From Candidatus Thorarchaeota archaeon (lineage in GTDB: Archaea > Asgardarchaeota > Thorarchaeia > Thorarchaeales > Thorarchaeaceae), in contig JBHLRS010000008.1 of assembly GCA_048882325.1 (NCBI GenBank), forward strand, positions 51,530 through 115,529: a DNA stretch of 64,000 nucleotides. Direction: 5' to 3'. The translations under genes and the position numbers were made by a program. The notes under the pieces were generated by a model. That model was not told the origin of the DNA and made no database searches. It saw nothing but the letters and a program-made list of their open reading frames with translations. Below, piece after piece: positions 47,406-58,800 of the stretch; position 1 is the first letter of the stretch; each line of letters starts with the position of its first letter.

Positions 47406-48278
47406 TTGTATATTCCAAGTAGGAGGTCACTTCGGCTAGTCGAAATTCAAGAAAGCGTTCTACCTGAGGATGAGTGGCTAATAGGAGTGTCTGATCTTGG
47501 ATATTTCAAAGGCGTAGGATATTCTATGCCCATAATCAATGGTGAAGCAGAGGATGAATCTTCCAGTCTCTATGCATTTCTCCCTGGCTTGTTCTATTGT
47601 TCTTCACAACAAACGTCCGTTGATGCAGTACTTATCGAAGTAACTCACAAAAGCATCTCCGGAGTGACACTTCCCAGCTTCCGACCTGAAGATGTACGAA
47701 CCTTCGATGTTGGCGGCGGGATTATTCTTGATGAACAAGGGAGTATCAAACCAGTTGAAATCACGATTGATACTCTTGGGAGTTTTGGAGTAGAGGCATT
47801 CCTGAAGGACTCTTTTATTGACCATGACACATTCAGGTTCAGTAGAGAGATTCAAATAGCATCGAATCTGGCTGAACGGATTCCCTTAAGCGACCTCAAA
47901 AGAGCATATGTTTCGTCCTCCTTTTTACAGTCAAGAATAACAAAACTACTTGATGACATCGAATTCTTCGGACTCAAACCTCGAATGAGAGTTTATGTTA
48001 GAAACCATAACCATCCGTATGGCACAGTTGTTGAGGTGAAATATAGAGGGCTTGATGACCAAATCGACTTTGACACCGGAACAAGCCTCAAAGTTCCTGA
48101 TGACGAAATAATTGAGAAAGAGATTAGCAGTCTATCCTTCTCTAAGATGGTTGACTCAGGTGTCGAGATCGATGTAGAGAGAGCTATCCTCGATATGCTG
48201 CTTTACATCAGGTTTGAACTGGAGGGAAGTGTAACTCATCAAGATGTCTTGAACAAGTTGTTTGAGGAGGGTGCTTGA
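47406..48278 (+). CDS. Hypothetical protein
   Basis: 290-aa ORF overlapping the next start; no motif recognised. Confidence 0.7.
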   Translation: MYIPSRRSLRLVEIQESVLPEDEWLIGVSDLGYFKGVGYSMPIINGEAEDESSSLYAFLPGLFYCSSQQTSVDAVLIEVTHKSISGVTLPSFRPEDVRTFDVGGGIILDEQGSIKPVEITIDTLGSFGVEAFLKDSFIDHDTFRFSREIQIASNLAERIPLSDLKRAYVSSSFLQSRITKLLDDIEFFGLKPRMRVYVRNHNHPYGTVVEVKYRGLDDQIDFDTGTSLKVPDDEIIEKEISSLSFSKMVDSGVEIDVERAILDMLLYIRFELEGSVTHQDVLNKLFEEGA

Positions 48279-49807
48279 TGAGTTCTGAACTTCAAGAAAT
48301 TGTTAGAGTGGTCGTAGAGAACCTTCATCAGACTTGGATTTACAAAGCCATCGAGGAATGGAACAGGAAAGACGCACTTGAGATACGAAAAGAGCTCGGA
48401 CTAAGAAGTTTCTCGATCACATCATCTGACCCGTTAGAAATGTATCAAAGAATCAAGAAGCATCTGCTGTCAAAAACGTTTCACGATGATGAAACACTTC
48501 ATTTTTTGATGGACGCACCACGATGGGCTGGTTTCAAACTTAACAAGGATGAGTTTCAATCCGGACAACAGGTCATCGGTGCAGCAAAAGATGAGGCAAT
48601 AGCTCTACTCTGGTTAATGGCAATCCCAAAACTCATCATTAGTCCGAAAATGCAACCCCAGGACTATCCTGTTAATGGCATCATGGCGTTCATCATGAGT
48701 CTGATGGAATCTGATGAATCACGTAAAACTCTGGTGAAATCCATGGCTCAAGCAATGGAAACAAGGGGTATACCTGATATTGTATTTGAGCCCAGTCCGA
48801 TTGGAAGAGGATACTCAATCGATGAAACCATGAGAGTTCCACGACTTAGGTCCCTGTTAGCAATGGTGATAATGCGTTCAACCGGTTGTCCGTTTGATTT
48901 GGACCAAGTGTTCACGCTTGATGAAGAGGAACTTATTGAAGAAACATCAGCATACATAGTCGCAAATCAGGCAAGGGCTATGTTGAAAAATCAGATTACA
49001 GGGATGGGAGCTCGAAAACCTTTCGACTGGCCACTCATTGGAAATCCAAATATCTGTTCCAAATTAGTCACAACATTAGAAGTGTTCAGGCAATATGCAG
49101 CAAACATGAAGACATGCTCATTGTATATGTCAGAAACAGCTGAAGGAAAAGAACCTTGGACTAAGCATCAGTTCGTTTCATACCTACTTGGTGAGTTGAC
49201 AGATCACTACTCTGAAATTCATCGGGTTCTCCACGGAAGAAGTAAGAATATCGAACTCGACCACTTCATTAGACTACTAACAGGGGAAAACATCGAGATT
49301 TCCAAGCGAATTCTAGATTCAAGTGATCCTGGTACTACATTATTCGAAGAGTTGGCAAACTATAAACAAAAGGCAAGGATTGGCGATAAGCCCAAGATAT
49401 CTCCCGAACGCCGCTTTAGAATCATCTTATCATCTCTTGCCCAAAGGGTCTCAGACGACAAAACGGAGAAAATCCCTCAAGATGAGGTCATTGAGCAGAT
49501 TATCGAGGCATTCGATGCCATTATTGAGATGGTTGAGAGCTATAAGACATCGCTTGGCGAGGAGTCCGAAAGATTCGCGCAAGCCCTGTGTTTTGAAACA
49601 GCATATCGGATACTGCAACTTCTTGATGTTGGTGAAGCAATCATGGATGTTCCGTGGGTTTCGAGGTTTATTGCGGAAGAGTCAGCTCGTTCAGACATCG
49701 CAACTGGAGACATTGACCAACTTGATGATGAATATCGAATCAGACGAATTGTCTCAGCCTATGCAGGTGGCCTCACATACCTGTTTCTTCAGAGTTCCAA
49801 GGAGTAG
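48275..49807 (+). CDS. Hypothetical, probably alpha-helical protein
   Basis: 510-aa ORF, GAGGAGG upstream; no motif recognised. Confidence 0.75.
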   Translation: MMSSELQEIVRVVVENLHQTWIYKAIEEWNRKDALEIRKELGLRSFSITSSDPLEMYQRIKKHLLSKTFHDDETLHFLMDAPRWAGFKLNKDEFQSGQQVIGAAKDEAIALLWLMAIPKLIISPKMQPQDYPVNGIMAFIMSLMESDESRKTLVKSMAQAMETRGIPDIVFEPSPIGRGYSIDETMRVPRLRSLLAMVIMRSTGCPFDLDQVFTLDEEELIEETSAYIVANQARAMLKNQITGMGARKPFDWPLIGNPNICSKLVTTLEVFRQYAANMKTCSLYMSETAEGKEPWTKHQFVSYLLGELTDHYSEIHRVLHGRSKNIELDHFIRLLTGENIEISKRILDSSDPGTTLFEELANYKQKARIGDKPKISPERRFRIILSSLAQRVSDDKTEKIPQDEVIEQIIEAFDAIIEMVESYKTSLGEESERFAQALCFETAYRILQLLDVGEAIMDVPWVSRFIAEESARSDIATGDIDQLDDEYRIRRIVSAYAGGLTYLFLQSSKE

Positions 49808-49862
49808 GAGTTCTTACTTGTAAAGGAATCCTCATAACTAGGATAAGCTCAGCAATATTAAC

Positions 49863-51725
49863 ATGAGAACCGGCCTGCTCATCTTTGTATTAGTCTTCTC
49901 TCTTTTTGCTCCTGTTGGGAGTTATGACAGTACTGATTATGAGCGAGCAAGATCTCCAGCACAAGAAACTAGCGAGTCACTAAATCTACCACGTGTGTAC
50001 GGTGAAAATCTCGCTCTCGATATCTATGGAGCAGTGTCATACTCGGGATATCGGGATTATGTGAGAGAGTTCACAGAGAATGGTTCCAGATGGGCACTGG
50101 ACCAGTCAATGGCTGAAACTGGAATAAATCGAGAGGCTCGACAATACATCCTGAACAAGATGATTGAGCTCTCGGATAGACGTATTCAACCGGAGGTTGT
50201 TGGAGACCATCACAATGTGGTTGGAAAACTCCCAGGATATCTCCCAGGAAACAATCCAGCCATTGTTGTCACAGGTCATTATGACTCGTGGTACATTTCA
50301 ATAGGTGCAAATGAAGGTGGTTCAGGCATAGCTACAATACTTGAGCTGATAGAACCACTCTCGGCATATGAATGGCCTTTGGACATCTATTTCATCGCAA
50401 TGAATTCCCGTTATGCTCAATGGGGACCTTTTGGAGGAGCAGAGATCTCTAACTACTTCTTCAATAATCAAGTGGAGATTCTTGCGATGTACTGTGTTGA
50501 GGCTTTGCTTGTCGAAAATCCCTATGCAGAACCTGATGAGCGTGTGTTCATGACTTACCAAGTCCTTGGTTCCAACAACTATCATATGAGTCAATACTGG
50601 GCAGACCTTGGGAGAGTGATGAGCAAGAATTATGGTCAAAACTACATCAAACCATTACCACACACCGATCTCTCTGTCTGGGATTCGTCTTGGTATGAAC
50701 ACAATGATTTCATTGAAAGGGGATATATGAACCTCGTAGTGCCCTTCGAATCTGGATATGACTATGATGATGCGTATAGAACTCCTGATGACACTTGGGT
50801 CAACATAGATTATAGATATCAGCTTGGAACAGAAGTTACAGGAGCCATAGGTGCTAGCATTGCCTACACCATGTCAAGAGAGTTTGGAAGTCCAATGGAA
50901 CATGATCTTTCACTTGAAATCGGGATTTTTCGGTCAAAAACTCTATACATCCCAATATCAACTCCCACTACAATAAACGTGACGTCGAGGTGGTTTGGGA
51001 GCACAACATCATTCACTCTTCTCGACCCAAATCAATCAGTCGTTGGATTCAAGGATTACAACCACACCTCTGCATGGGAAACCACGGATGTCTTCTCCAA
51101 GTCTGTTTCTCAGAAAGGAATCTATAGACTTGTTATTGAGAACACAGGAGATAGTTACCTTGGGTGTGAGCTCGAATACTCCTACGACAGTGACATAGAT
51201 GGAAATGGAGTACTAGACAGCCAAGAGTATTGGCTCGATACAGCCCTCTTTGACCAAGACTCTGATCTTGATACGATCAGCGATGCTCTTGAGATCATCT
51301 ACGGAACTGATCTGAACAGTGTGGATTCGGACTTGGACTCAATGCCAGACAACTATGAGATAGAATACGGATTTGACCCGAGAGACCCCTCTGACGGTCA
51401 AGAGGATGCTGATGCAGATTCGCTTACAAACGCTGAGGAATACGTTTTGGGTCTAAATCCATGGCGAGCGGATTCAGACTATGATAAAATCCCAGATGCT
51501 TGGGAAATTGAGTATGGACTCAATCCGCTAGTTAATGATGCACTGAGTGATCCAGATGCGGACGGGAAAACGAACTTGGACGAGTTCAAGGATGGTACAG
51601 ACCCATTCCTTGCAGAGATTCGAAAGGAGCCATTACCGTGGTTTATCTTGCCTGCTATAGCAGTGGTTTCTTTCATCGTCATCATGGGGATCGTAATGTG
51701 GCGTGAATCAAGAATAATGGGATAG
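49863..51725 (+). CDS. Third M28-fold paralogue with DxDxDG repeats and TM anchor; predicted inactive
   Basis: GHYDS, GANEG, NSRY instead of NAEE, YRTPDD instead of YHT. Confidence 0.85.
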   Translation: MRTGLLIFVLVFSLFAPVGSYDSTDYERARSPAQETSESLNLPRVYGENLALDIYGAVSYSGYRDYVREFTENGSRWALDQSMAETGINREARQYILNKMIELSDRRIQPEVVGDHHNVVGKLPGYLPGNNPAIVVTGHYDSWYISIGANEGGSGIATILELIEPLSAYEWPLDIYFIAMNSRYAQWGPFGGAEISNYFFNNQVEILAMYCVEALLVENPYAEPDERVFMTYQVLGSNNYHMSQYWADLGRVMSKNYGQNYIKPLPHTDLSVWDSSWYEHNDFIERGYMNLVVPFESGYDYDDAYRTPDDTWVNIDYRYQLGTEVTGAIGASIAYTMSREFGSPMEHDLSLEIGIFRSKTLYIPISTPTTINVTSRWFGSTTSFTLLDPNQSVVGFKDYNHTSAWETTDVFSKSVSQKGIYRLVIENTGDSYLGCELEYSYDSDIDGNGVLDSQEYWLDTALFDQDSDLDTISDALEIIYGTDLNSVDSDLDSMPDNYEIEYGFDPRDPSDGQEDADADSLTNAEEYVLGLNPWRADSDYDKIPDAWEIEYGLNPLVNDALSDPDADGKTNLDEFKDGTDPFLAEIRKEPLPWFILPAIAVVSFIVIMGIVMWRESRIMG

Positions 51726-51790
51726 TAGAATACTACCGTTTCTCCTTGGTGTATTCAATGGTGACCACTGTGATCATTTAATCCAGCTTG

Positions 51791-52705
51791 TTATGTAAAT
51801 GTCCTCATGAGCATGTCCCATCTGTGCTGGATGAAGTCCTCAAACTCCTTGATCTTCTTATCATCTCGTTTGGGTCTGAAGAGATGTGAGAATCGTCCTT
51901 GCATCTTTAGGAACTCATCAATGGGCTTTCTCTTCTCTGGATCCTGGAACCTCTTGCTGCGCGGACCCAGAGTGAACTGGTCGCCAACACGCTCCCACTG
52001 TATCCAGTAACCGGTCTCTACAGCGAGTTTCCCAATTTCTACTCCTTTCTCAACCGGATAGTTCCAAGCTTGTGGACATGGGAGAAAGATGTGTCCAAAC
52101 TTCGGACCCTCAAACTCGCGAGCTTTCTTGATTTTGTCAAAGAGGTCTCGAGGATAGGAGGTATTTGCAGTGAACTGATACACAGGTTCGTGGGCCGCCA
52201 CTATAAAATCAAGCATCTTCTCTGGTTCCGGCTTACCAAACCATGTCGTTGTTGTCTGAGCATGGAGAGGAGTTGCTCCTGAACGTTGAGTGCCAGTATT
52301 GCTGTACACCTGATTGTTGTAGCAGATGTATAAGAAATCAGTTCTTCGTTCGAACGCGCCGCTTAGGGCTTGAATACCAATGTCGAAAGTCCCACCGTCA
52401 CCAGCCCAGACCATCACCTGTGTGTGATCATTACCCTTTGCTTTCAATGCGGCTTTCACGCCAGAGGCTGTTGCCGCTGACGCCATGAACGCAGTGTTTA
52501 GGACGGGGACTCCAAGTCCGCTCTTTGGCCAGAGAGACTGAACGACACTCGTACAACAGGCTGGAACAACTTGGATAACATCACCCTCCAGTGCCTTGTG
52601 GGCATGTCTGAGGGCGACCATGTCTTGGCACCCAGCACACGCAGCATTACCCTTCAACACGTATTCTTTGAGTGGCATCTCTTTCGTAGCTACCATGTTT
52701 ATCAC
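51791..52705 (-). CDS. porB: 2-oxoacid (pyruvate/ketoisovalerate):ferredoxin oxidoreductase beta subunit
   Basis: ACAGC, GDGGTFDIG...YNNQVYSNTG TPP motif, PCP. Confidence 0.9.
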   Translation of the reverse strand: MINMVATKEMPLKEYVLKGNAACAGCQDMVALRHAHKALEGDVIQVVPACCTSVVQSLWPKSGLGVPVLNTAFMASAATASGVKAALKAKGNDHTQVMVWAGDGGTFDIGIQALSGAFERRTDFLYICYNNQVYSNTGTQRSGATPLHAQTTTTWFGKPEPEKMLDFIVAAHEPVYQFTANTSYPRDLFDKIKKAREFEGPKFGHIFLPCPQAWNYPVEKGVEIGKLAVETGYWIQWERVGDQFTLGPRSKRFQDPEKRKPIDEFLKMQGRFSHLFRPKRDDKKIKEFEDFIQHRWDMLMRTFT

Positions 52706-53880
52706 TCCTTCAGATCATTCCAGGTCTCTTCAGGACCTATTTCTCCGCTTTCCACAGCTTTGTATGTATCCAAAATCACGGCCTTGATGTCGCCAATTGT
52801 CATGTCACGACCACCGAGACCTCCGATGTAACTCTTGACCATTGGACGGTGGTCGGTGTGATACAGAGTCGATCGGATATCATTCGCAACAGGACCGCCA
52901 AACCCATAAGAAACCCCACGGTCAAAGCTAGCAAATGCTTTGACCTTACCGCCAAGTTCTCGAATCTTGTCGACAGGGAAAGGTCTGATCATCCTGATTC
53001 GTGCGTTCCCAACTTTATATCCTTCTTCTCGAAGCTCGTCGATTGCATCCTTTGCTTCAGCACCCATAGAACCTTGAGAGGTGAAGATGACTTCTGCATC
53101 ATCACATCTGTGACAGTCAATGGGACCGCCAAAATACTTGCCAAACAGCTTCTTGTAGTCCTTCTCTATCTCCTCATACACCACGAGGGCATTCTTGGTT
53201 GCCTCGTGCATCATGTTTCTAAACTCACCATAGTGCTCTGGAAATACAATATTGCCATGACTAACGGGATTCTCAGGATCCATCACCCAGTGTGGTGGTG
53301 TGTATGGAGGAAGGAACTTGTCCACTTCCTCAGGCTCAAGATTGTCGTATGGAGCAACAGTGTGGCTCAGCACAAATCCGTCTGAATTGACCATGACAGG
53401 CATGAGAACTCGTTCATCCTCAGCGAGCTTGAATGCCTGAATGAGTGTGTGATAGAGTTCGTCAACACTAGCTACAAAGAACTGAATCCAGCCAGTGTCA
53501 CGCTTTGAGTAAGCATCATCGTGTGTCACATGTATATTCCAGCTTGGTGAAACCGAGCGGTTGACATTGTTCAGAACAATTGGAAGTCTTGCAGCAGCCG
53601 CCCAATGTAAAGCCTCATCCATTAGGAGAAGACCATTGGATGAAGTAGCTGTGAATGCTCTAGCTCCTGTGGAACTGGCACCAATACAAGCAAACATTGC
53701 AGAGTGCTCAGACTCAACACGAATGAACTGACCCTTGAAGATACCTTGTTCATTCAGGAGCGCGACCTGCTCAGGGACAGTAGTGGCTGGAGTTATCGGA
53801 TATGCTGCAACAACTTCAACACGAGCTGAGACGACCGCTCGAGCCGCAGCATAGTTTGCACTCATGATTTCGGTCTTCAT
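52702..53880 (-). CDS. porA: 2-oxoacid:ferredoxin oxidoreductase alpha subunit
   Basis: AYPITP, VESEHSA, TATSSNG, RDTGWIQ, DGFVLSH, GLGGRD; true start MKTEIM at 53880 (ATGA overlap with porD). Confidence 0.92.
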   Translation of the reverse strand: MKTEIMSANYAAARAVVSARVEVVAAYPITPATTVPEQVALLNEQGIFKGQFIRVESEHSAMFACIGASSTGARAFTATSSNGLLLMDEALHWAAAARLPIVLNNVNRSVSPSWNIHVTHDDAYSKRDTGWIQFFVASVDELYHTLIQAFKLAEDERVLMPVMVNSDGFVLSHTVAPYDNLEPEEVDKFLPPYTPPHWVMDPENPVSHGNIVFPEHYGEFRNMMHEATKNALVVYEEIEKDYKKLFGKYFGGPIDCHRCDDAEVIFTSQGSMGAEAKDAIDELREEGYKVGNARIRMIRPFPVDKIRELGGKVKAFASFDRGVSYGFGGPVANDIRSTLYHTDHRPMVKSYIGGLGGRDMTIGDIKAVILDTYKAVESGEIGPEETWNDLKE

Positions 53881-54152
53881 ATCTTCCCCTCCGCTCTTCG
53901 TTCTGTGGTCAGCACCATCTCGATGCACTTCTTCGGGCACACCTCTGCACAGATTCCACAGCCCTTGCAATAATCGAAATCCCAGACAGGATAGCCTTCA
54001 TCATCTATGCTGATAACCGCCTCAGGGCAGTGCAACCAACATGTACGACACTTGTTACACTCATCATAATTGACCACAGGATCGAAGGTCCTCCAACTAC
54101 CTGTCTTCCCTGTCGCCCCAATCGAGGGTTTGGAATAAGATGTCTTTGGCAT
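53877..54152 (-). CDS. porD: 2-oxoacid:ferredoxin oxidoreductase delta subunit (2x[4Fe-4S])
   Basis: KTGSWRTFDP, CNKCRTCWLHCP, YCKGCGICAEVCP; start MPKTS after AAGGA. Confidence 0.92.
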   Translation of the reverse strand: MPKTSYSKPSIGATGKTGSWRTFDPVVNYDECNKCRTCWLHCPEAVISIDDEGYPVWDFDYCKGCGICAEVCPKKCIEMVLTTERRAEGKI

Positions 54153-54333
54153 GTCCTTCTTACCTGTTGGCTCAGTATTGACCTCGTTCACCAAAGGAAA
54201 CACGTCCAGCGCGAGCTTCACCGTGCTCGTCCTACGGCCAAACAATTAAGCATTTGGATGTGGTTTCATTCTCAATTCGGTTGCCTTATCTAGTGAGAAG
54301 CTAATCTGGTCATGTGACTCATACGTAAGTGAG

Positions 54334-55146
54334 TTGATGTCTATGGAGTTCTCAATGACTCTGGTTCAGATGCCCTGTGTAGAAGGAAATCGAGAACGTA
54401 ACTTTCGAAATGCACAACTCATGCTCGAAACATACAAACCTGGAAAGGGTGTACAGTTCATCCAGTTTCCAGAGCTATTTGCAATTGGTTTTCGCTACGA
54501 GGACTATAAGAAGGAGGGATCGGGAGTTCCTGGACCCACGACAGACTTCTTGTCATCAGTAGCAGAAGAGCATGGAGCATACACAATTGGTACGGGGATT
54601 GAGAAGAGTGGTGACAAGTTCTTCAACACCCTTGTACTTGCAAGACCAAACGGAGAGGTCCTAGGAATTTATAGAAAAATGCACCCATTCCAAGAGGAAC
54701 GAGATGTCTTCAAGGGTGGTGAGAAGATTACTATCTTCGACTGCTCGGGAATAAAGGTGGGAGTCCAGATCTGCTATGACATCAGATTCCCTGAAGTTAC
54801 AAGAAAATTAGCACTTGAGGGAGCTGAGCTGGTGTTAGTACCTGCAGCTTTTCCGGATCCCCGCAGCGAACATTGGAATACACTAGTCCGGGCAAGAGCA
54901 ATCGAAAACCAGCTCTATGTGGCGGCTGTAAACAGGATAGGCTTAGCCTTCGATGGAAAAACATACTTCGGTCACAGTCAGATGGTTGATCCATGGGGCG
55001 TAGTTCTTAGCAGACGAAATTCTGAGGAGCGTTTGATAACAACCGAGGGGAACACGGATATGATCAAATCTGTGCGGTCTCAGATAACCTGCTATGCTGA
55101 TATTGCACCATTGGGTTATGACAGAATTCAACGATTTGAGAAATGA
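54334..55146 (+). CDS. Carbon-nitrogen hydrolase (nitrilase superfamily, Nit/omega-amidase-like)
   Basis: E-K-C triad: FPELF, YRKMH, ICYDIRFPE; RARAIENQ. Confidence 0.92.
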   Translation: MMSMEFSMTLVQMPCVEGNRERNFRNAQLMLETYKPGKGVQFIQFPELFAIGFRYEDYKKEGSGVPGPTTDFLSSVAEEHGAYTIGTGIEKSGDKFFNTLVLARPNGEVLGIYRKMHPFQEERDVFKGGEKITIFDCSGIKVGVQICYDIRFPEVTRKLALEGAELVLVPAAFPDPRSEHWNTLVRARAIENQLYVAAVNRIGLAFDGKTYFGHSQMVDPWGVVLSRRNSEERLITTEGNTDMIKSVRSQITCYADIAPLGYDRIQRFEK

Positions 55147-55204
55147 GTTCAGGAACACAAGCATTAAGTGAGGGGCACATTCTGAGTAGAGGGAGGAGTA
55201 TCAG

Positions 55205-55714
55205 GTGGATCAATCAGACCTAATCAAGGATGCAGTTCGTGACTGGTTCTCACGGGAAGGAACCAAGGTAGAGACCATCTCAAACCCTAGAGCTGAATTT
55301 CTGTTCAAGGTGAAGTTTCATCGGTTCTTTTTCTCAGTGATTCGTCCGAATGATCAGAGATATCTCCAGATAGAGTCACAGGTCATGATCTCACCACAGC
55401 ATCAGAAACTTCTTACAGTCGAGAAGATGCGCTCGTTTCAAATGAGTGCTATGAAGTTTAGTTTTCAGGAGGGTCTCACAATGGGTTTCATTCAACCCAG
55501 ACCCGGCCAACCCGGACCTCAACCTCCCGGACCAGGATTTGTGATTTCTGACAGGATCTATGATGACGCGTTCAGTGAAGATAGACTCTGGAAAACCATG
55601 AGAAAGCTCCATGGTGCAATTGACATGGTGATCACAATACTCAATGAAACAACTGGACAACCTAGTGTCAAGCCAGATGATACTGCTGACGCTGGACCTT
55701 CATACTACACATAA
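55205..55714 (+). CDS. Hypothetical protein, DUF2299/YbjN-like
   Basis: VRDWFSREG, AEFLF, ISPQH, RIYDDAFSED pattern. Confidence 0.65.
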   Translation: MDQSDLIKDAVRDWFSREGTKVETISNPRAEFLFKVKFHRFFFSVIRPNDQRYLQIESQVMISPQHQKLLTVEKMRSFQMSAMKFSFQEGLTMGFIQPRPGQPGPQPPGPGFVISDRIYDDAFSEDRLWKTMRKLHGAIDMVITILNETTGQPSVKPDDTADAGPSYYT

Positions 55715-55842
55715 TAGTGACGAGCTCGACGTTTTTTCGATGCTAGTACATAGTAGCTCTCTTTTTCAAACAAGAGGAAATAAGTTTAGGATAACTGAAA
55801 CAGCCAGTCAGCTGTACCGCCGTTTGCGCGGAGTGAGTTCGC

Positions 55843-58800
55843 ATGAAACGAGTCCCTGTACTTCTGGTAATTATGGTGGCTTTACTTGTAGTCCCACCCA
55901 CCGCCCATAATTCACCTACATCAATAAGTGATGAATCAGCTCCCCTACAGGGACCAGAAAACCCCTTTTCTGTTTCGTCTGCATCAGGTAGTGGTGACGC
56001 AAGGACTGCAGTCAAATTTGCTTCTCGTCAGGTGACAGGTCTAACTCTGCCGATCACAAACTCATACACAAGTACAAACACACATGCTGGAGCAATAGAT
56101 CTCTTAGGTTATCTGATTCCTGGTTGGAGTCTATACAAGGCTGAGATGGAAGTTGATTCTATGACAGCTGTGGCTGAACGTGAAACAATGGGGATCACAC
56201 CTTCGACCTACATCATCGTACAGAATAGTTCTGGTCTTGTCACAGATGCCCTCTACCAAGAGTTTTACAATCAGCCGCATGATGGGAAGTTAGAGAACTA
56301 TACACTCTCTTACATCTGCACATACTATTCAGCGTCTCTTGGTCATGCATATCTTGGTGTGCGAAGTGACTATACTGACCCTCAGACAAACATGACTAGC
56401 TGGCTGACCCCCTTTACTGTCAATTTTATTGATACTGATGTGACGCATGATGTGTCCAGTGATAATGCGATACTTAGTACAGGGACCAGTTACTATGTCG
56501 TGATAGATGGAACTGGTATGCAGGGCGTCTATGCTGGTGGTTGGTGGTTCAATACTATTCATTGGAGTGCAACTAGTTCGAAATTGGGGCTTGAAACAGG
56601 TTATAATCTGAGGAACGATAACTGGTATATCTATGAGGGTATCCAGAGGCGTGAAGCAGAGCTCAATTACACATACACTCCATGGAACCAGACCTCCAAT
56701 TCAGCACTCATGTATTCAACACCAGATCAACTCTCTCTAAAGGGTAATTCGACAGATATGCAGGGAAAATCATGGGTGTTCACAGATCCAGCAAACATCA
56801 CTAGGATCGAGTTCAACACAAACCAGTCCATCAGTCTTGACTATAACATGACACTCTGGTACAAGCAAGCCGCCACTACCACACCAAGCTGGAATATTCC
56901 ATCAAGTGGAGCGAGTGTTGAGTGGAGTGTAGGAACCACCATCGTTTATCCGGGAGTCACACAAGCCAATTACCTAAACTTCTCAATTCCAGCTACGTGG
57001 GACCCAAGTGGTCTGTACAACAGCACACACACAACCACAAATCATACTTCATACTCCTCCACGGGAACTATACTCACATGTTCTCAGATGTACGACGACA
57101 CGTGGACATTGAAGCTGACATCAGAGAATCTGTTGACGACACTGAAGACGTATAGGTCAGACGACGACACCGAGGTCACAACAAAATCTATGATGACCTC
57201 AAATATTGACATCAATTCTACTATTCAGGAGCCAGACACTGACCCAGTCACAACTGGTACCGCTAATCTTGTAGTTTGGTATTCTGGGTCGGAGTTCTGG
57301 TCACCTTCAGATCAATCAGTCACCAACGGACTGGCGCACTATTTCTGGGACATAAGTAATCCAATGACCACCAATGGAGAGTACACAATTGAAACACGTT
57401 GGAGCAATGGCACTGAAGCAGGTTATCTGTCTAAATCACTAATACTCTACTATCCAACTGCATTTACTGCGGAATCCTACAACATAGATGCGTATACTGA
57501 GAGTTCTTTTGACATTAGAGTGAATCTAACTGACACCTTCACACCACAGGGTCTCAATGGAACTTATGCCACCGTTGTGTACTCATTCGATGGTGCAGCA
57601 AATCAGAGTATGACTGACCTGAACAATGGTACATGGACTGCTACAGTATCTACGGCGGGAAAGGCATTTGGACAATATGATGTGTGGGTCTACGCAACTG
57701 GATATGCAATTGAAAATCGCAGTCTTCAGATTAGTACAGTATTAATTCATGATACAGAAACTCTGACGATTCTTTGGTCCAACACCAATGATATCACCTA
57801 CGTGGAGTCCACTGAACTGTCGGTGGCGTATCGAAGAGTAGGGGGTGCACCCATCTCGGGTGCAACGGTGAATGTCACCATCGATACAAACACCTGGGTA
57901 CTTGTATGGGATGGCGTTAGTGAATCCTACAAAATCACCTTCAATGGTTCAGACAGCCCGCCAGATTTCGGAGTACACAGTCTTACCATTCAAGCATGGA
58001 AGGTGGGGCACAAACCTCAGACTGACGCTTCTCAAACTCTCACACTTCAAGAAGAGTCTACAACATTAACGCTTCAATGGTCCAATGGAAACTCGATCAC
58101 TTATGTGGAATCCACAACACTCATCGCAAACTACACAATGAGTGATGGAGCTCCAGTCACTGGAGCACTGGTCAATGTTACTATCGGAACTGACACGTGG
58201 ATAATGACGTGGAACGGTGTGACTGAAACCTACGACTATGTCTTTGATGGTGTTGCTGATCCACCGGGTTTCGGAGTGTATAGCTTGACGATTGAAGCTG
58301 GCAGGTTTGGATATATGTACCAGTCAGACGCAGCGCTGACTTTGACACTCAGTGAGGAACCTACCAGTCTGGTTCTCATATGGTCTGCTGGAAGTGCAAT
58401 TACCTATATTGAATCGACAACACTGGTCGCGAATTATACGCAGAGTGACGGGACACCCGTCACTGGAGCATTGGTCAATGTAACTATTGGAACCGACATA
58501 TGGACTATGACATGGAATGGTGTGACTGAAACCTACGACTATGTCTTTGATGGTGATGTAGACCCACCAGGTTTGGGACTGCATAGTCTAACAGTTGAAG
58601 CAGGGAGATTCGGGTATGTTTATCGGTCTAATTCCACATTGACACTCACGATCAATGAAGAGCCCACTAATCTGATTCTCACATGGTCACCCGATTTCGA
58701 TATCACCTATGTCGAAGAAACATATCTCATTGCAAATTACACAATGAGTAACGGATCAGCAGTTGTTGGTGCCACAGTCAATGTCACAATAGGTACAGAT

